DNA of 64,000 nucleotides from Opitutales bacterium (GCA_965226885.1 CBDDEL010000017.1:480001-544000); one strand, 5' to 3'; shown: positions 9,792 to 22,091, numbered from the stretch's first letter. A program made the numbers and translations. The notes: generated by a model not told the origin, from the sequence alone.

Positions 9792-10202
9792 ATGGCAATC
9801 ACCATGGGCAAACAAATCGTTTTTAAACCGGGGCAGGTTCTAATCAAAGAAGGTGTGATTGGCAATGGTTTCTATATCCTCAGAAGCGGCCACCTGGAGG
9901 TTTACAAGGATAATGTGTGCATTGCCGAAATCAAGCATCCCGACACGATTTTTGGCGAAATGAGCGATATCCTGAATAAACCGCGAACCTGCAACATTAT
10001 TGCGAAAACGAAAAGCATAGTGGAACTCATTGTCAACGGCATCGATGATACGGTGAGGAATAATCCGGCTCTAACCAAACATATCCTCCGGGACCTGGCC
10101 GAACGTCTCGAGCAAACCACGAAAAAACTGGCGGACTCGGAAAGAAATCTCCTCTGGACCATCAAGGAGCCGAATAAACAGAATTCAAAGGATAACACTT
10201 AA
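9792..10202 (+). CDS. cyclic-nucleotide-binding domain protein
   Basis: LIKEG...FYILRSG.LEV, FGEM...PRT phosphate-binding cassette; start uncertain (9792 or 9804). Confidence 0.85.
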   Translation: MAITMGKQIVFKPGQVLIKEGVIGNGFYILRSGHLEVYKDNVCIAEIKHPDTIFGEMSDILNKPRTCNIIAKTKSIVELIVNGIDDTVRNNPALTKHILRDLAERLEQTTKKLADSERNLLWTIKEPNKQNSKDNT

Positions 10203-10255
10203 ATTTCAAGCGGCATGCGGTTGCCCGGGTTTGCCGATCCCGAACAGAGATTCAT

Positions 10256-12997
10256 TCATTTCAATTCGGCCAGCAGGCGGGCTAATTTCTCTCTTTTTCC
10301 CATGCTTTCTTCCAATTGTTTGCGGGCTCCATCGACAATATGAGCGGGGGCATTATTGAGAAACTTTTCATTGTGAAGCTTGTTTTCACCGATCGCCACT
10401 ACTTTTTCCAGTTTAGACAATTCCCGCTCCAGCCTGTCCCTTTCGGCGGAAATATCGAGGGCGCTGGAGAGGTCCAGATAAAGAGTCCCTAAAGAAGTGA
10501 CGGCGGCGGGCGATCCCTGCGGCCTTGATTCGGTATAAGCCAACTCCCCGGCTCCGGCCAGAATCTTGAATAGCGTGGAGTGCGATTCCACGAAATCCCG
10601 CTGTGACTGCGAAACCGTGTAAAAAAAGGTGGCATCCTTTGAATTGGCCACCCCGTATTCGGCTTTCAAGGAGCGTGCTTTCATGACGAAAGTTTGCAGG
10701 TCGAGTATTCTGGCGGCTGCTTCGGCATCAATCTTCAAACCGTCGGTCTCAATCCATTTTTTGAGCTCATTTTCATCGCCAACGCACGGATTTTCCGTGT
10801 CCTGCAGCAATACATCAGCGGCGGTCGAGTAGCCCAGGTCTTTCCAAAGCTCCTCTGTGATGTGTGGGCAAATCGGCTCCAGCAACAAAAGTACCTGCCG
10901 TAGAACCAAATCCTGGATGGCCAGGCAATTTCCACGCAATCGCTCATCCAGCAATTTGCTTTTGGAAATTTCCACATACCAATCGCAAAAATCGCCCCAG
11001 AAAAATTCATGGATCACACCGGGCAATCGCTCGATCAGATAACCATTGAAGAACGACTTAACCTGTTGGGTGACGGCCAGGAGACGGCTTATAATCCAGT
11101 GGTCGTACTCGTCGAATTTATCCCCTTTGAGCCGGGCGCAAATGGCTCCGAGGCTCGAATTATCGGCCATCGACCCTGAGATTTGGCGAAATCGGGCGGC
11201 ATTCCACAGCTTGTTGCAAAAATTCCGGCCCATCTGCACGCGTTCTTCACCGAAGAGGATATCCTGCCCAGTGGGCGCTATGTTGACGATCCCGAATCGC
11301 AAACCGTCCGCCCCGAACTTGTTGATCAAATCGAGCGGGTCCGGCGAATTGCCCAGGGTTTTGGACATTTTTCGGCCCTTTTGGTCCCGTATCAACCCGT
11401 GAATATATACGTTTCGGAACGGGATGCGCTGCCGGATCTCCTCTTCGGTCAATGTCTTTTTTTCAGGCCCGTGCAACTCCAGACCGGCCATGATCATCCG
11501 CGCCACCCAGAAAAATATGATGTCGAATCCGGTCACCAGCACCCTCGTCGGGTAAAAGTAATCAAGGTCTTCCTGCTCGCGGGGATCGGGGTCCGGCCAG
11601 CCGAAATTGGCCAAAGGCCAGAGATTGGAGGAGGCCCAGGTATCGAGGACATCTTCATCCTGCTCCCAATTTTCCGGATCGGGCGGGCCGTCCACTGAAA
11701 CATGCCAATTGGCCTCGTCGGCGCGATCCGCCCCTTTTTTGTACCAAACCGGAATGCGGTGCCCCCACCAAAGCTGGCGGCTGATGCACCAATCGTTGAT
11801 ATTGTTGAGCCAGTGCAAATAAACGTTTTCCCATCTTTTGGGATGAAATTTAATAAAACCCTTCAAAACCGCGGTCTTGGCTTCTTCCACCTTCGGGTAG
11901 CGCATGAACCACTGCTCGGAGAGGCGCGGCTCCACCGGCACATTGGCCCTTTGGGAAAATCCGACCCTGTTTTCGTAAGGCTTTTCCTCCAACAGCAAAC
12001 CCATCTCGCGCAGTTTCCTGGCAGCCAGTTTGCGGGCCGCAAAACGCTCGACTCCATCAAAGTCCGCGCCCGCATTGGCATTCAAAGTGCCGTCTGGGTT
12101 GAAGACGTCGATGGCGGGCAGCCCGTGTCGTTGCCCGATTTCAAAATCCGCTTTATCATGGGCGGGAGTCACTTTGAGGACCCCCGTGCCAAATTCGCGG
12201 TCGATATAATCATCCGCCACGATGGGGATTTTCGCCTTCGGGAAAGGCCGCCAGCAATGCAGGCCGACGAGGTCCTTGTAGCGATCATCCTCCGGGTGCA
12301 CGGCTAATGCAGTGTCGCCCATCAAGGTTTCCGGACGGGTGGTGGCGATTTCCAGAAACTCCCCCGGCTTTTCCACGATCTCGTAACGCATTTTATAAAG
12401 GATGCCATTTTGCGGCCTCACCTCCACTTCCTCATCGCTGAGGGCTGTCAGGCTGGCCGGGCACCAGTTGATCATGCGATGGCCCCGGTAAATGTAGCCA
12501 CGCTCATAAAGTTTCACAAAAGCGGTCATAACCGACCGGGCGTAACCGGGATCGAGGGTAAACGAGGTGCGGTCCCAATCGCAAGAAGCGCCTAGTTGCT
12601 TGAGCTGGTTGAGAATAATCCCCCCTTTTTCATGGCGAAACTCCCCCACCCTTTGCACGAAAGCCTCCCGCCCGAGGTCATGCCGGGATTTCCCCTCCTT
12701 CTTCAACTCCTGCTCGACCCTCGTTTGGGTGGCGATGCCCGCGTGATCGGTCCCCGGATACCACAGCGCGCCCTTCCCTTCCAGGCGCGCCCGGCGGATG
12801 AAGATATCCTGCAAGGTATTGTCCAGGATATGGCCCATGTGAAGCATTCCCGTGACATTGGGCGGAGGAATCATGATGCAGTAGGCCTCCTCCTTGTTCC
12901 CGGTGCGCCGCCCGGCAAAAGCCTTCCCCTCGAGCCAGGTTTGATACCACCTCGACTCTACCGTTTTAGGATCATAAACTTTAGAAATTTGCGTCAT
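10256..12997 (-). CDS. valS: valine--tRNA ligase
   Basis: PPPNVTG.LHMGH, DWCISRQLWWGH, KMSKTLGN, C-terminal coiled-coil arm. Confidence 0.99.
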   Translation of the reverse strand: MTQISKVYDPKTVESRWYQTWLEGKAFAGRRTGNKEEAYCIMIPPPNVTGMLHMGHILDNTLQDIFIRRARLEGKGALWYPGTDHAGIATQTRVEQELKKEGKSRHDLGREAFVQRVGEFRHEKGGIILNQLKQLGASCDWDRTSFTLDPGYARSVMTAFVKLYERGYIYRGHRMINWCPASLTALSDEEVEVRPQNGILYKMRYEIVEKPGEFLEIATTRPETLMGDTALAVHPEDDRYKDLVGLHCWRPFPKAKIPIVADDYIDREFGTGVLKVTPAHDKADFEIGQRHGLPAIDVFNPDGTLNANAGADFDGVERFAARKLAARKLREMGLLLEEKPYENRVGFSQRANVPVEPRLSEQWFMRYPKVEEAKTAVLKGFIKFHPKRWENVYLHWLNNINDWCISRQLWWGHRIPVWYKKGADRADEANWHVSVDGPPDPENWEQDEDVLDTWASSNLWPLANFGWPDPDPREQEDLDYFYPTRVLVTGFDIIFFWVARMIMAGLELHGPEKKTLTEEEIRQRIPFRNVYIHGLIRDQKGRKMSKTLGNSPDPLDLINKFGADGLRFGIVNIAPTGQDILFGEERVQMGRNFCNKLWNAARFRQISGSMADNSSLGAICARLKGDKFDEYDHWIISRLLAVTQQVKSFFNGYLIERLPGVIHEFFWGDFCDWYVEISKSKLLDERLRGNCLAIQDLVLRQVLLLLEPICPHITEELWKDLGYSTAADVLLQDTENPCVGDENELKKWIETDGLKIDAEAAARILDLQTFVMKARSLKAEYGVANSKDATFFYTVSQSQRDFVESHSTLFKILAGAGELAYTESRPQGSPAAVTSLGTLYLDLSSALDISAERDRLERELSKLEKVVAIGENKLHNEKFLNNAPAHIVDGARKQLEESMGKREKLARLLAELK

Positions 12998-13403
12998 CTG
13001 CTAATATTAAAAATGATTATATATAAAGCGCCCCAGCCAAAGAGCTTGCCACCCGGAGTCAAAGCAAAAACTCCTCATTCCGAGGCGAGTCCACCCCAAC
13101 TCAGGCAACCAGCGCCACCATACCACAAAAACCAAAAACTGTCAATCGATACGTTGGCTCCGTTTGATGCGTTTGAATAAACTTCCAAAAAATCAGCAAA
13201 AACCACCAAATTGCGCCAAAATGACTCACATTACACAAATCCAGCATTCCCAAAAAATGGGCTATTAATGACTGTAATTTGATAGATACTCTTCACAACC
13301 AAAGAATTACAAACTTTCTTGCAAAAATTCAGATAAAATTTCAAAATATCCAATCATGGGCAGCCTAGACCCTCACTTCATTTTGACTAAGTAAAGAAGA
13401 TAG

Positions 13404-14205
13404 GGTAGTGTATTAAGTAGGAATGGTGGCTAATTCTTGATTATATTGATGAATGAAAAGTCTCAGACAGGTTTCATGCATACTCTTAAGCTTGGAAAAG
13501 GAGAGGGTTTTGCGTGTGAAACGACCCAGTCGTTGGCGCAGGGTATTGTTCCATCGTTCCACATGGGCCGTTTCACCGGTTTCTTTTCCCACGGATCGGT
13601 TATGAGGAAAGACTTCATCATAAGTGCTCCAAAAGTCGCTGTAGGTGGCACATCTTTTGTAGGCCCGTGGCAGACGCTCGTAAAGTTCCCGGCAACGATA
13701 CCAATCCCGAGGCCCAATGGCATAGGAGAGGATTTGACGGGTGCGTCGGCAAAGAGCGATCCAAACCCATTGGGCATCGCTCTTGCGCCCCACAAAAGAC
13801 CACAGTTCGTCCAGTTCAATGACATCATGGCGGCGGGCCGCAAGAATCGTGCTTTTGAGCGGTCGCAGCGATTGTCGTTTTTTTTAACCAACTCAAAACG
13901 GTGTTGGGACTCACCCCGAAGGCGCGCTGTAAACCGCGTAGACTGCTGCGTTCCTGATAGACTCGAAGGATCATTTCTTTTTGCTCTTCGGTGTATTTCA
14001 CTGTGGGGTTTTCGGGGCTTTGTTTACCACAATCATGGCAGCGGTAGCGCTGTTTATGGTTGGGCGTCTTGCCAAATTTAATGATATTTTCACTTCCACA
14101 GTGCCGCCAATTAATAATTTTAGTAACCATGCACTAAGAATAAACTGCCTAACGCTATTTGTACAGCTAAAAATACAAAATAACATTCTTTTTTTATACA
14201 CTACC
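13404..14205 (-). mobile_element. IS1-family element type A, copy 1
   Basis: GGTAGTGTA ends, 802 bp, 8-bp TSD GAAGATAG; insA (Zn ribbon-HTH) 13825-14130, insB to 13413. Confidence 0.95.
13413..14130 (-). CDS. IS1-family transposase InsA/InsB (A8 junction, needs recoding)
   Basis: CxxC...RYRCxxC; ELDELWSFVG, HVERWNNTLRQR. Confidence 0.85.
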
Positions 14206-14497
14206 GAAGATAGTATGAAAAATCTACCGATGAGAAGCCCACGGGAAAAAGTGGGCGGCATCTACCATTTTGGAAGGATGCTGGATAAAATCCGGTTGTT
14301 TGAGAATGGCGAACTACCGGAAGAATACCATCCGAATTTAGGTTTGAGTGTTGGATTAGATGGCTTTTGTTGCGGGTTTCTCGGCGTTAGTTTTAAAGAA
14401 TTGAAAGAAAAAGTATCTGAAGGCGGAGCGGATGAAGAGATACTGGAATGGGTTTATTCAAAATACAAAAGACCGAATAAAATACAGATAAAAATTT

Positions 14498-15298
14498 GGT
14501 AGTGTATAAAAAAAGAATGTTATTTTGTATTTTTAGCTGTACAAATAGCGTTAGGCAGTTTATTCTTAGTGCATGGTTACTAAAATTATTAATTGTCGGC
14601 ACTGTGGAAGTGAAAATATCATTAAATTTGGCAAGACGCCCAACCATAAACAGCGCTACCGCTGCCATGATTGTGGTAAACAAAGCCGCGAAAACCCCAC
14701 AGTGAAATACACCGAAGAGCAAAAAGAAATGATCCTTCGAGTCTATCAGGAACGCAGCAGTCTACGCGGTTTACAGCGCGCCTTCGGGGTGAGTCCCAAC
14801 ACCGTTTTGAGTTGGTTAAAAAAACGACAATCGCTGCGACCGCTCAAAAGCACGATTCTTGCGGCCCGCCGCCATGATGTCATTGAACTGGACGAACTGT
14901 GGTCTTTTGTGGGGCGCAAGAGCGATGCCCAATGGGTTTGGATCGCTCTTTGCCGACGCACCCGTCAAATCCTCTCCTATGCCATTGGGCCTCGGGATTG
15001 GTATCGTTGCCGGGAACTTTACGAGCGTCTGCCACGGGCCTACAAAAGATGTGCCACCTACAGCGACTTTTGGAGCACTTATGATGAAGTCTTTCCTCAT
15101 AACCGATCCGTGGGAAAAGAAACCGGTGAAACGGCCCATGTGGAACGATGGAACAATACCCTGCGCCAACGACTGGGTCGTTTCACACGCAAAACCCTCT
15201 CCTTTTCCAAGCTTAAGAGTATGCATGAAACCTGTCTGAGACTTTTCATTCATCAATATAATCAAGAATTAGCCACCATTCCTACTTAATACACTACC
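14498..15298 (+). mobile_element. IS1-family element type A, copy 2 (in-frame transposase)
   Basis: 801 bp, TSD AAAAATTT; A7 instead of A8 at the insA/insB junction. Confidence 0.95.
14573..15289 (+). CDS. IS1-family transposase, fused InsAB (238 aa)
   Basis: Single ORF holding Zn ribbon, HTH and DDE parts. Confidence 0.92.
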   Translation: MVTKIINCRHCGSENIIKFGKTPNHKQRYRCHDCGKQSRENPTVKYTEEQKEMILRVYQERSSLRGLQRAFGVSPNTVLSWLKKRQSLRPLKSTILAARRHDVIELDELWSFVGRKSDAQWVWIALCRRTRQILSYAIGPRDWYRCRELYERLPRAYKRCATYSDFWSTYDEVFPHNRSVGKETGETAHVERWNNTLRQRLGRFTRKTLSFSKLKSMHETCLRLFIHQYNQELATIPT

Positions 15299-15387
15299 AA
15301 AAATTTGGAATGAATTCTCACGGAAATTCGGTTGGAATGACTTCGTTACCCGCGCTCTTTTCAAAGTAAAAGAAGAGGAAGGATTAG

Positions 15388-16955
15388 CCCGGATATTTCA
15401 TGAAGGGTAAAGTTTGGCTCGTTATTGCTATTGGAGATGGATTTCTTTGTATTTTGAGCAGATCGTCTTGATTTTTAGGTGTTTTTCAGGGTGTAGAGAC
15501 ACTGCCCCCTTTCCCCCATTGGTTCGGTAGTGCCGGGGGCAGCACCAATGCACCCTTTAGGTTGGCACCAATCGGCGGGCCGCATGGTTGAAAAGACTGG
15601 CCCAAGGATAACTCTCACTTAGGTGAAAGTGAATCGTTCGGGTGTTGCGCACGATGACCGCTCCGATCTTGATTAATTTGAGCCGCAGGGTGTGGCATTG
15701 GGCCCGCGCCCACTTCGTCCCTTTTAAGGCTAACCGGCGCATGGCTTCCATCAAGGTGTAGGCCAGCGCCGACAAGAGCAATCGCCACTGATTGGCCCAC
15801 CATTGATGGGCGCTGGTGCGCTCGCTGAACAATTGCATCTGTTCCTTGATTCGGTTCTCCATTTCACCGCGGCCACAGTATACCTTGTCGTAAAGCTCCT
15901 GGGGATCGCCCGGCAGGTTCGTCACCACGAAGCGCGGGTTGGACCCCTGTGCGGTGTGTTCGGCTTTATGGATGACCAACCGCAGCCATCGCCACGAATC
16001 GGCAGCATAGACGAAGTCCTGGAATAACCGTTGTTTTTTACCCCTTAGTTCGAACCATTCTTTGGCCTGCTTTTGCAACTGCTGGGCGTCTTGCTGCAAG
16101 CGTGCATTGCGAGCCATCCCCACGATGTAACTAACTTCGTTGCGGTCGCACCAAGAGAGTATCCGGTCTCGACAAAATCCACTGTCGGCGCGCCAAATAA
16201 TCCGCGTACGGGGCCAGCTTTGGCGAATCCGTTTAACCAGCAATTTGAGGATGGCCCCGGCATGCTTGCTGGCATCGATCTTGCTCGGCCGCAGGTAGGC
16301 CACCAGCAGCTGATCACCGCAAAAAACATATAGCGGCAGAAAACAGTAATGATCATAATAACCGTGGAAAAAACGTCCCTCCTGGAGCCCGTGCACCGGA
16401 TTGTCGGTGGCGTCAAAGTCCAGGATGATCTCTTCGGGTTCCTCGGCAAAGGAGCCCATGAACTGTTCGACCAACAGCTCGTTTACCGCAAAGGCCGCCC
16501 GCCGATCCTGCCCGTTTTCAAAACGACACACAGTCGGCGCGCTGGCCAACGTTTCAATGCGCCCCGTTACCGTTTGCTAACAATGGATCGTGGCGCAGGG
16601 TATCAAAGTCGTTCAAATCCTCATAGCCCGCCACCAGCCCGTAAACGCGCTGCCGCAGCATCCCCAATACCTCATGGCGTACTTTGCCCTTCTGCCGTTT
16701 GTCCACTAACTGTCGGGCCGCTCGTTCGGTCAAGCCCAACTGCCGATCCACTTCCCGGATCAAAAGCAGTCCGGCATCCGAAGTAACCTCTCCGCCCTTG
16801 AAATCAACCCGCACACGGCGGCCTTTTACCCTTGTCAACTGTAGCTTTAATTGTTTACCTTTTGTCATCGCTGATATTGCTTTAATTATTGATCTATCCT
16901 GCTGTATATCAGCAGTTAAGCATATCAACGATACTTTTTTTACGAAATATCCGGG
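15388..16955 (-). mobile_element. IS1380-family element copy 2 (frameshifted)
   Basis: IRs, TSD TTAG, 1568 bp; +A (TTGTTAGCAA vs TTGTTGCAA) splits the transposase (15557-16868). Confidence 0.95.
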
Positions 16956-17702
16956 TTAGAGCAAAATTTGGTAGTGTATAAAAAAAGAATGTTATTTTGT
17001 ATTTTTAGCTGTACAAATAGCGCTAGGCAGTTTATTCTTATTCTTAGTGCATGGTTACTAAAATTATTAATTGTCGGCACTGTGGAAGTGAAAATATCAT
17101 TAAATTTGGCAAGACGCCCAACCATAAACAGCGCTACCGCTGCCATGATTGTGGTAAACAAAGCCGCGAAAACCCCACAGTGAAATACACCGAAGAGCAA
17201 AAAGAAATGATCCTTCGAGTCTATCAGGAACGCAGCAGTCTACGCGGTTTACAGCGCGCCTTCGGGGTGAGTCCCAACACCGTTTTGAGTTGGTTAAAAA
17301 AAACGACAATCGCTGCGACCGCTCAAAAGCACGATTCTTGCGGCCCGCCGCCATGATGTCATTGAACTGGACGAACTGTGGTCTTTTGTGGGGCGCAAGA
17401 GCGATGCCCAATGGGTTTGGATCGCTCTTTGCCGACGCACCCGTCAAATCCTCTCCTATGCCATTGGGCCTCGGGATTGGTATCGTTGCCGGGAACTTTA
17501 CGAGCGTCTGCCACGGGCCTACAAAAGAAGTGCCACCTACAGCGACTTTTGGAGCACTTATGATGAAGTCTTTCCTCATAACCGATCCGTGGGAAAAGAA
17601 ACCGGTGAAACGGCCCATGTGGAACGATGGAACAATACCCTGCGCCAACGACTGGGTCGTTTCACACGCAAAACCCTCTCCTTTTCCAAGCTTAAGAGTA
17701 TG

Positions 17703-17799
17703 GGTAGTGTATTAAGTAGGAATGGTGGCTAATTCTTGATTATATTGATGAATGAAAAGTCTCAGACAGGTTTCATGCATACTCTTAAGCTTGGAAAAG
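17703..17799 (-). mobile_element. IS1-family type A right-end fragment
   Basis: GGTAGTGTATTAAG end plus ~85 bp of element, then cut by IS1B. Confidence 0.88.
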
Positions 17800-18553
17800 G
17801 GTAGTGTTAACATTTTGAATGTTTAAGCTGTACTTTTTAGCGTGATTATGTTGTGAACTGGGCCTGGTCCATATCACAGTAAAATGTCCTCAATGCGGAA
17901 GCGATCACATCATCAAGCACGGCAAGGATCCGAAAGGGGTTCAGAAGTATCGATGCAAGGGGTGTGGTTATCAGTTTCGGCTTCACCCCAAAAGTCGTGA
18001 GCATCCTCCGGCGCTGGTCAAGCAGGTGCTCCGTGCGCACCAAAACCGGATGAGCCTGCGTGCCATTTACCGTACCTTCGGGGTAGCCCCAAAGACGGTC
18101 ATCGAATGGATTAAAAAAAAGTCCTGAGTTTGCCGAAGCTGGAGTCCACTCTGCTTGCCCGCCAGTGTAGTGATGTGCTGGAACTGGACGAGGTGTGGTC
18201 ATTCTGGGGCGATAAGCGTTCGGGGCAGGTATGGCTATGGGTAGCCTTGTGTCGACGTACCCGACAGGTCGTCGGGTTTTCTCTGGGTGATCGTAGCGAT
18301 CAAACGTGCTGGCAGTTGTATCACAACATCGCCCAGCCCTATCGCGACTGTGCCACCGTAAGCGATTACTGGGAAAGCTACGACAAGGTTTTCCCTCACA
18401 ACAGCGCCAGCGGGAAACAATCCGGCCAAACCGCCCATATCGAACGCTGGAACAATACCTTGCGACAGTCCCTGTCACGCTATGTGCGTAAAACGCTGTC
18501 ATTCTCGAAGTCTTTGGTCATGCATTTTCGCGTCCTGTGCTTGTTCATCTGGG
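17800..18553 (+). mobile_element. IS1-family element type B, copy 1 (3' truncated, insA start mutated)
   Basis: GGTAGTGTTAACAT end; insA CPQC..CKGC; A AAA AAG slippery site; insB ELDEVWSF; ATG>CTG relative to copy 2. Confidence 0.88.
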
Positions 18554-19357
18554 GGTAGTGTATTAAGTAGGAATGGTGGCTAATTCTTGATTATATTGAT
18601 GAATGAAAAGTCTCAGACAGGTTTCATGCATACTCTTAAAAGCTTGGAAAAGGAGAGGGTTTTGCGTGTGAAACGACCCAGTCGTTGGCGCAGGGTATTG
18701 TTCCATCGTTCCACATGGGCCGTTTCACCGGTTTCTTTTCCCACGGATCGGTTATGAGGAAAGACTTCATCATAAGTGCTCCAAAAGTCGCTGTAGGTGG
18801 CACATCTTTTGTAGGCCCGTGGCAGACGCTCGTAAAGTTCCCGGCAACGATACCAATCCCGAGGCCCAATGGCATAGGAGAGGATTTGACGGGTGCGTCG
18901 GCAAAGAGCGATCCAAACCCATTGGGCATCGCTCTTGCGCCCCACAAAAGACCACAGTTCGTCCAGTTCAATGACATCATGGCGGCGGGCCGCAAGAATC
19001 GTGCTTTTGAGCGGTCGCAGCGATTGTCGTTTCTTTTAACCAACTCAAAACGGTGTTGGGACTCACCCCGAAGGCGCGCTGTAAACCGCGTAGACTGCTG
19101 CGTTCCTGATAGACTCGAAGGATCATTTCTTTTTGCTCTTCGGTGTATTTCACTGTGGGGTTTTCGCGGCTTTGTTTACCACAATCATGGCAGCGGTAGC
19201 GCTGTTTATGGTTGGGCGTCTTGCCAAATTTAATGATATTTTCACTTCCACAGTGCCGACAATTAATAATTTTAGTAACCATGCACTAAGAATAAACTGC
19301 CTAACGCTATTTGTACAGCTAAAAATACAAAATAACATTCTTTTTTTATACACTACC
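18554..19357 (-). mobile_element. IS1-family type A copy 4 (defective)
   Basis: 804 bp; +2 bp near the insB 3' end; A8 run interrupted (AAAAGAAA). Confidence 0.92.
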
Positions 19358-19477
19358 AGAGTATGCATGAAACCTGTCTGAGACTTTTCATTCATCTGTC
19401 TGAGACTTTTCATTCATCAATATAATCAAGAATTAGCCACCATTCCTACTTAATACACTACCCATCGGGGTTCAATT

Positions 19478-20805
19478 TGATGTGCACTGGAAAAAGTGGA
19501 CACGAGATTCTCCTAAATGGAGAATCGAAGCATGGGAAGAAGACGCTTTAGTATAGAGTTCAAAAATGAGGCAGTTCAACTGATGATACTCGATGGTCTG
19601 AGCGCCACCGAGGTATCGACCAAACTTGGGGTCAACACCAACCAATTGTATAGGTGGAAGAGGCTCTATCTGGACGATCAGCAGGGCGAAGCCACCTCAA
19701 AGCGACAGAGCAGTCCGAAGGAGATGGCGGCCGAGATAGATCGTCTTCGCAAAGAGCTGCGCCGCTCGGAGCGGATCAACCAGATACTAAAAAAAACGGT
19801 GGGCTACTTTGCCAAGGACGAACAATGAAGTACCAGTTTGTCAAAGACAACGAGGGGCGCTTCAAGATCGAGGAAATATGCTCGGCGATGGGGATTTGTC
19901 GCAGTGGCTATTACTGCTGGAGGCACCGAGCGCCCTCGGCCCGGCGGATCGAGGACGAGGGAATCAAGGGGGCGATCCTGAAGGTACACAAAGAGGCCAA
20001 GGGCCGCTATGGGCATCGGCCAATGCACCGCCATCTGAAGGATGATGAGGGCATCGATTGCGGCCGTGACCGGGCTCTGCGTCTGATGCGTGAAATGGGA
20101 ATCAAAAGCACCCAGAGTAAACGCTTTAAGCCATTAAAAACCAACAGTAACCATCCCTATGGTTACAGCCCCAATGTGCTTAAAAAGCATGGCCAGCCGA
20201 CCCATATCGACGAGGTCTGGGTGGCGGACACGACCTACCTACGGACCCTGGCCGGTTGGATGTACTTGGCCACGGTGATGGACCTGTTCAGCCGACGCCT
20301 GCTGGGCTGGAGCGTTTCCAACCACAACGACGCGAAGCTGGTTGGCAAGGCCCTCAAAGCCGCGGCCATGACCCGCGGCACACTGCGCACCGGGATTATT
20401 CATCACAGCGATCGGGGCAGCCCCTACGCCAGCGACGACTATCAGAGGCTGGTCTCTGAACTAGGCATGAAGCCGAGCATGAGCGCCCAAGGCAACTGCT
20501 ACGACAACGCGGCCATGGAATCGTTCTACGGCCGCTTCAAGACCAGCACGATTCGAGGCCGCCACTTTGCCGACGAGCGCGAACTGCGATCAACTGTCTT
20601 CGAATACGTGGAAATCTTCTACAACCGATATCGCAAACATTCCTCTCTGAGTTACCAAAGCCCAGTCCAATTCGAGGAAAATATTTGCCCCCCATGGGGG
20701 GCAACGAGAAAACAAAACCCTTTACCAAAACAAGCCGCCTGACACACTAATCAATAAACAATGAATATAAGAGAATCCCGTGTCCAACAAATCCAGTACA
20801 CGTCA
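19478..20805 (+). mobile_element. IS3-family element copy 2
   Basis: 1328 bp, 3-bp TSD ATT. Confidence 0.96.
19532..20742 (+). CDS. IS3 transposase OrfA (19532-19828) / OrfB (19825-20742)
   Basis: Both ORFs intact; -1 relative phase with an A8 run. Confidence 0.92.
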
Positions 20806-21384
20806 ATTCGGGACTGTAAGATGGTAGATAAAAAATCCCGATCCTATCGCGGTGGGCTTCAATCCAACCGGTTACTTTTTTAGCATGATGCACTCTCAGA
20901 TTGTCCACAATGAGAAAGATTTTCCGTTTGGCTCCTTTGATCAACTGGCGCAGAAATTTGATAAACAGTTCCACATTCAAGGCTCCCTTGTAAACCATGA
21001 AACGCAGCTTTCCACGGTTGGTTATAGTCGAGATCATGCTCGTGCTAAAACGACGCGCACTGCGTTTGGCAACTGGCGTTTTACCGCGCGGAGCATAACC
21101 TCTTCCCCGATGATCTTCGCTACTGATGCCGGTTTCATCTCCCCAGTGGATTTGGGCCTGTTGCGCTTTGGCTCTGGCTTCGATGGCCGGGTAAGTTTGA
21201 TCAAGCCACTTCTTAATCGCCTCAGGCTGCTGCTCATAGGCTTGTCTTCGAGGTTTTTGTGGAGTGAAACCCCAACGGCGAAGATACTCGCCCACCGTGC
21301 GGATCGGCATCTTCAAAGCAAACTGCCTTTCAATCAACTCTTGCACCGCTTGGCGCGTCCACAGGGCAAAGGGCATCTTAAGCT

Positions 21385-22091
21385 GGATATTTCATGAAGG
21401 GTAAAGTTTGGCTCGTGGCTCGTTATTGCTATTGGAGATGGATTTCTTTGTATTTTGAGCAGATCGTCTTGATTTTTAGGTGTTTTTCAGGGTGTAGAGA
21501 CACTGCCCCCTTTCCCCCATTGGTTCGGTAGTGCCGGGGGCAGCACCAATGCACCCTTTAGGTTGGCACCAATCGGCGGGCCGCATGGTTGAAAAGACTG
21601 GCCCAAGGATAACTCTCACTTAGGTGAAAGTGAATCGTTCGGGTGTTGCGCACGATGACCGCTCCGATCTTGATTAATTTGAGCCGCAGGGTGTGGCATT
21701 GGGCCCGCGGCCACTTCGTCCCTTTTAAGGCTAACCCGGATATTTCATGAAGGGTAAAGTTTGGCTCGTGTTTGGCTCGTTATTGCTATTGGAGATGGAT
21801 TTCTTTGTATTTTGAGCAGATCGTCTTGATTTTTAGGTGTTTTTCAGGGTGTAGAGACACTGCCCCCTTTCCCCCATTGGTTCGGTAGTGCCGGGGGCAG
21901 CACCAATGCACCCTTTAGGTTGGCACCAATCGGCGGGCCGCATGGTTGAAAAGACTGGCCCAAGGATAACTCTCACTTAGGTGAAAGTGAATCGTTCGGG
22001 TGTTGCGCACGATGACCGCTCCGATCTTGATTAATTTGAGCCGCAGGGTGTGGCATTGGGCCCGCGGCCACTTCGTCCCTTTTAAGGCTAA
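21385..22091 (-). repeat. two tandem ~350-bp copies of the IS1380 right end
   Basis: 21385-21734 and 21735-22091, each running from the IR to the internal CTAA; both share a private SNP (CGCGGCCAC) with the adjacent full copy. Confidence 0.92.

Larger units (their letters stand above)
14215..16969 (+). pseudogene. DUF5069-like protein, interrupted by IS1A and IS1380, 3' end lost
   Basis: Pieces 14215-14497 (RSPREKVGGIYHFGRMLDKIR...), 15307-15387 (WNEFSRKFGWND...EEEGL) and 16960-16969 rejoin in frame once the TSDs are removed. Confidence 0.8.
16970..19462 (+). mobile_element. IS1-family type A copy 3, split by a nested IS block
   Basis: Left part 16970-17702, right part 19358-19462, inner TSD AGAGTATG; outer flanks (CAAAATTT / CATCGGGG) do not match. 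Confidence 0.9.
19463..21384 (-). pseudogene. IS630-family transposase remnant, interrupted by IS3 and truncated at both ends
   Basis: ALWTRQAV, GFTPQKP, WGDETG, IVDNLRVH, LPSYSPE|LNPD across the IS3 insertion. Confidence 0.9.

Noticed and set aside
13000..13403. T-box or ncRNA upstream of valS
   Set aside because: No T-box motif or convincing structure recognised
13981..14502. 173-aa ORF
   Set aside because: Chimera of antisense IS1A sequence and the DUF5069-like fragment; real start is 14215
13404..15298. Composite transposon carrying the DUF5069-like fragment
   Set aside because: Each IS1A copy has its own TSD, so they are independent insertions
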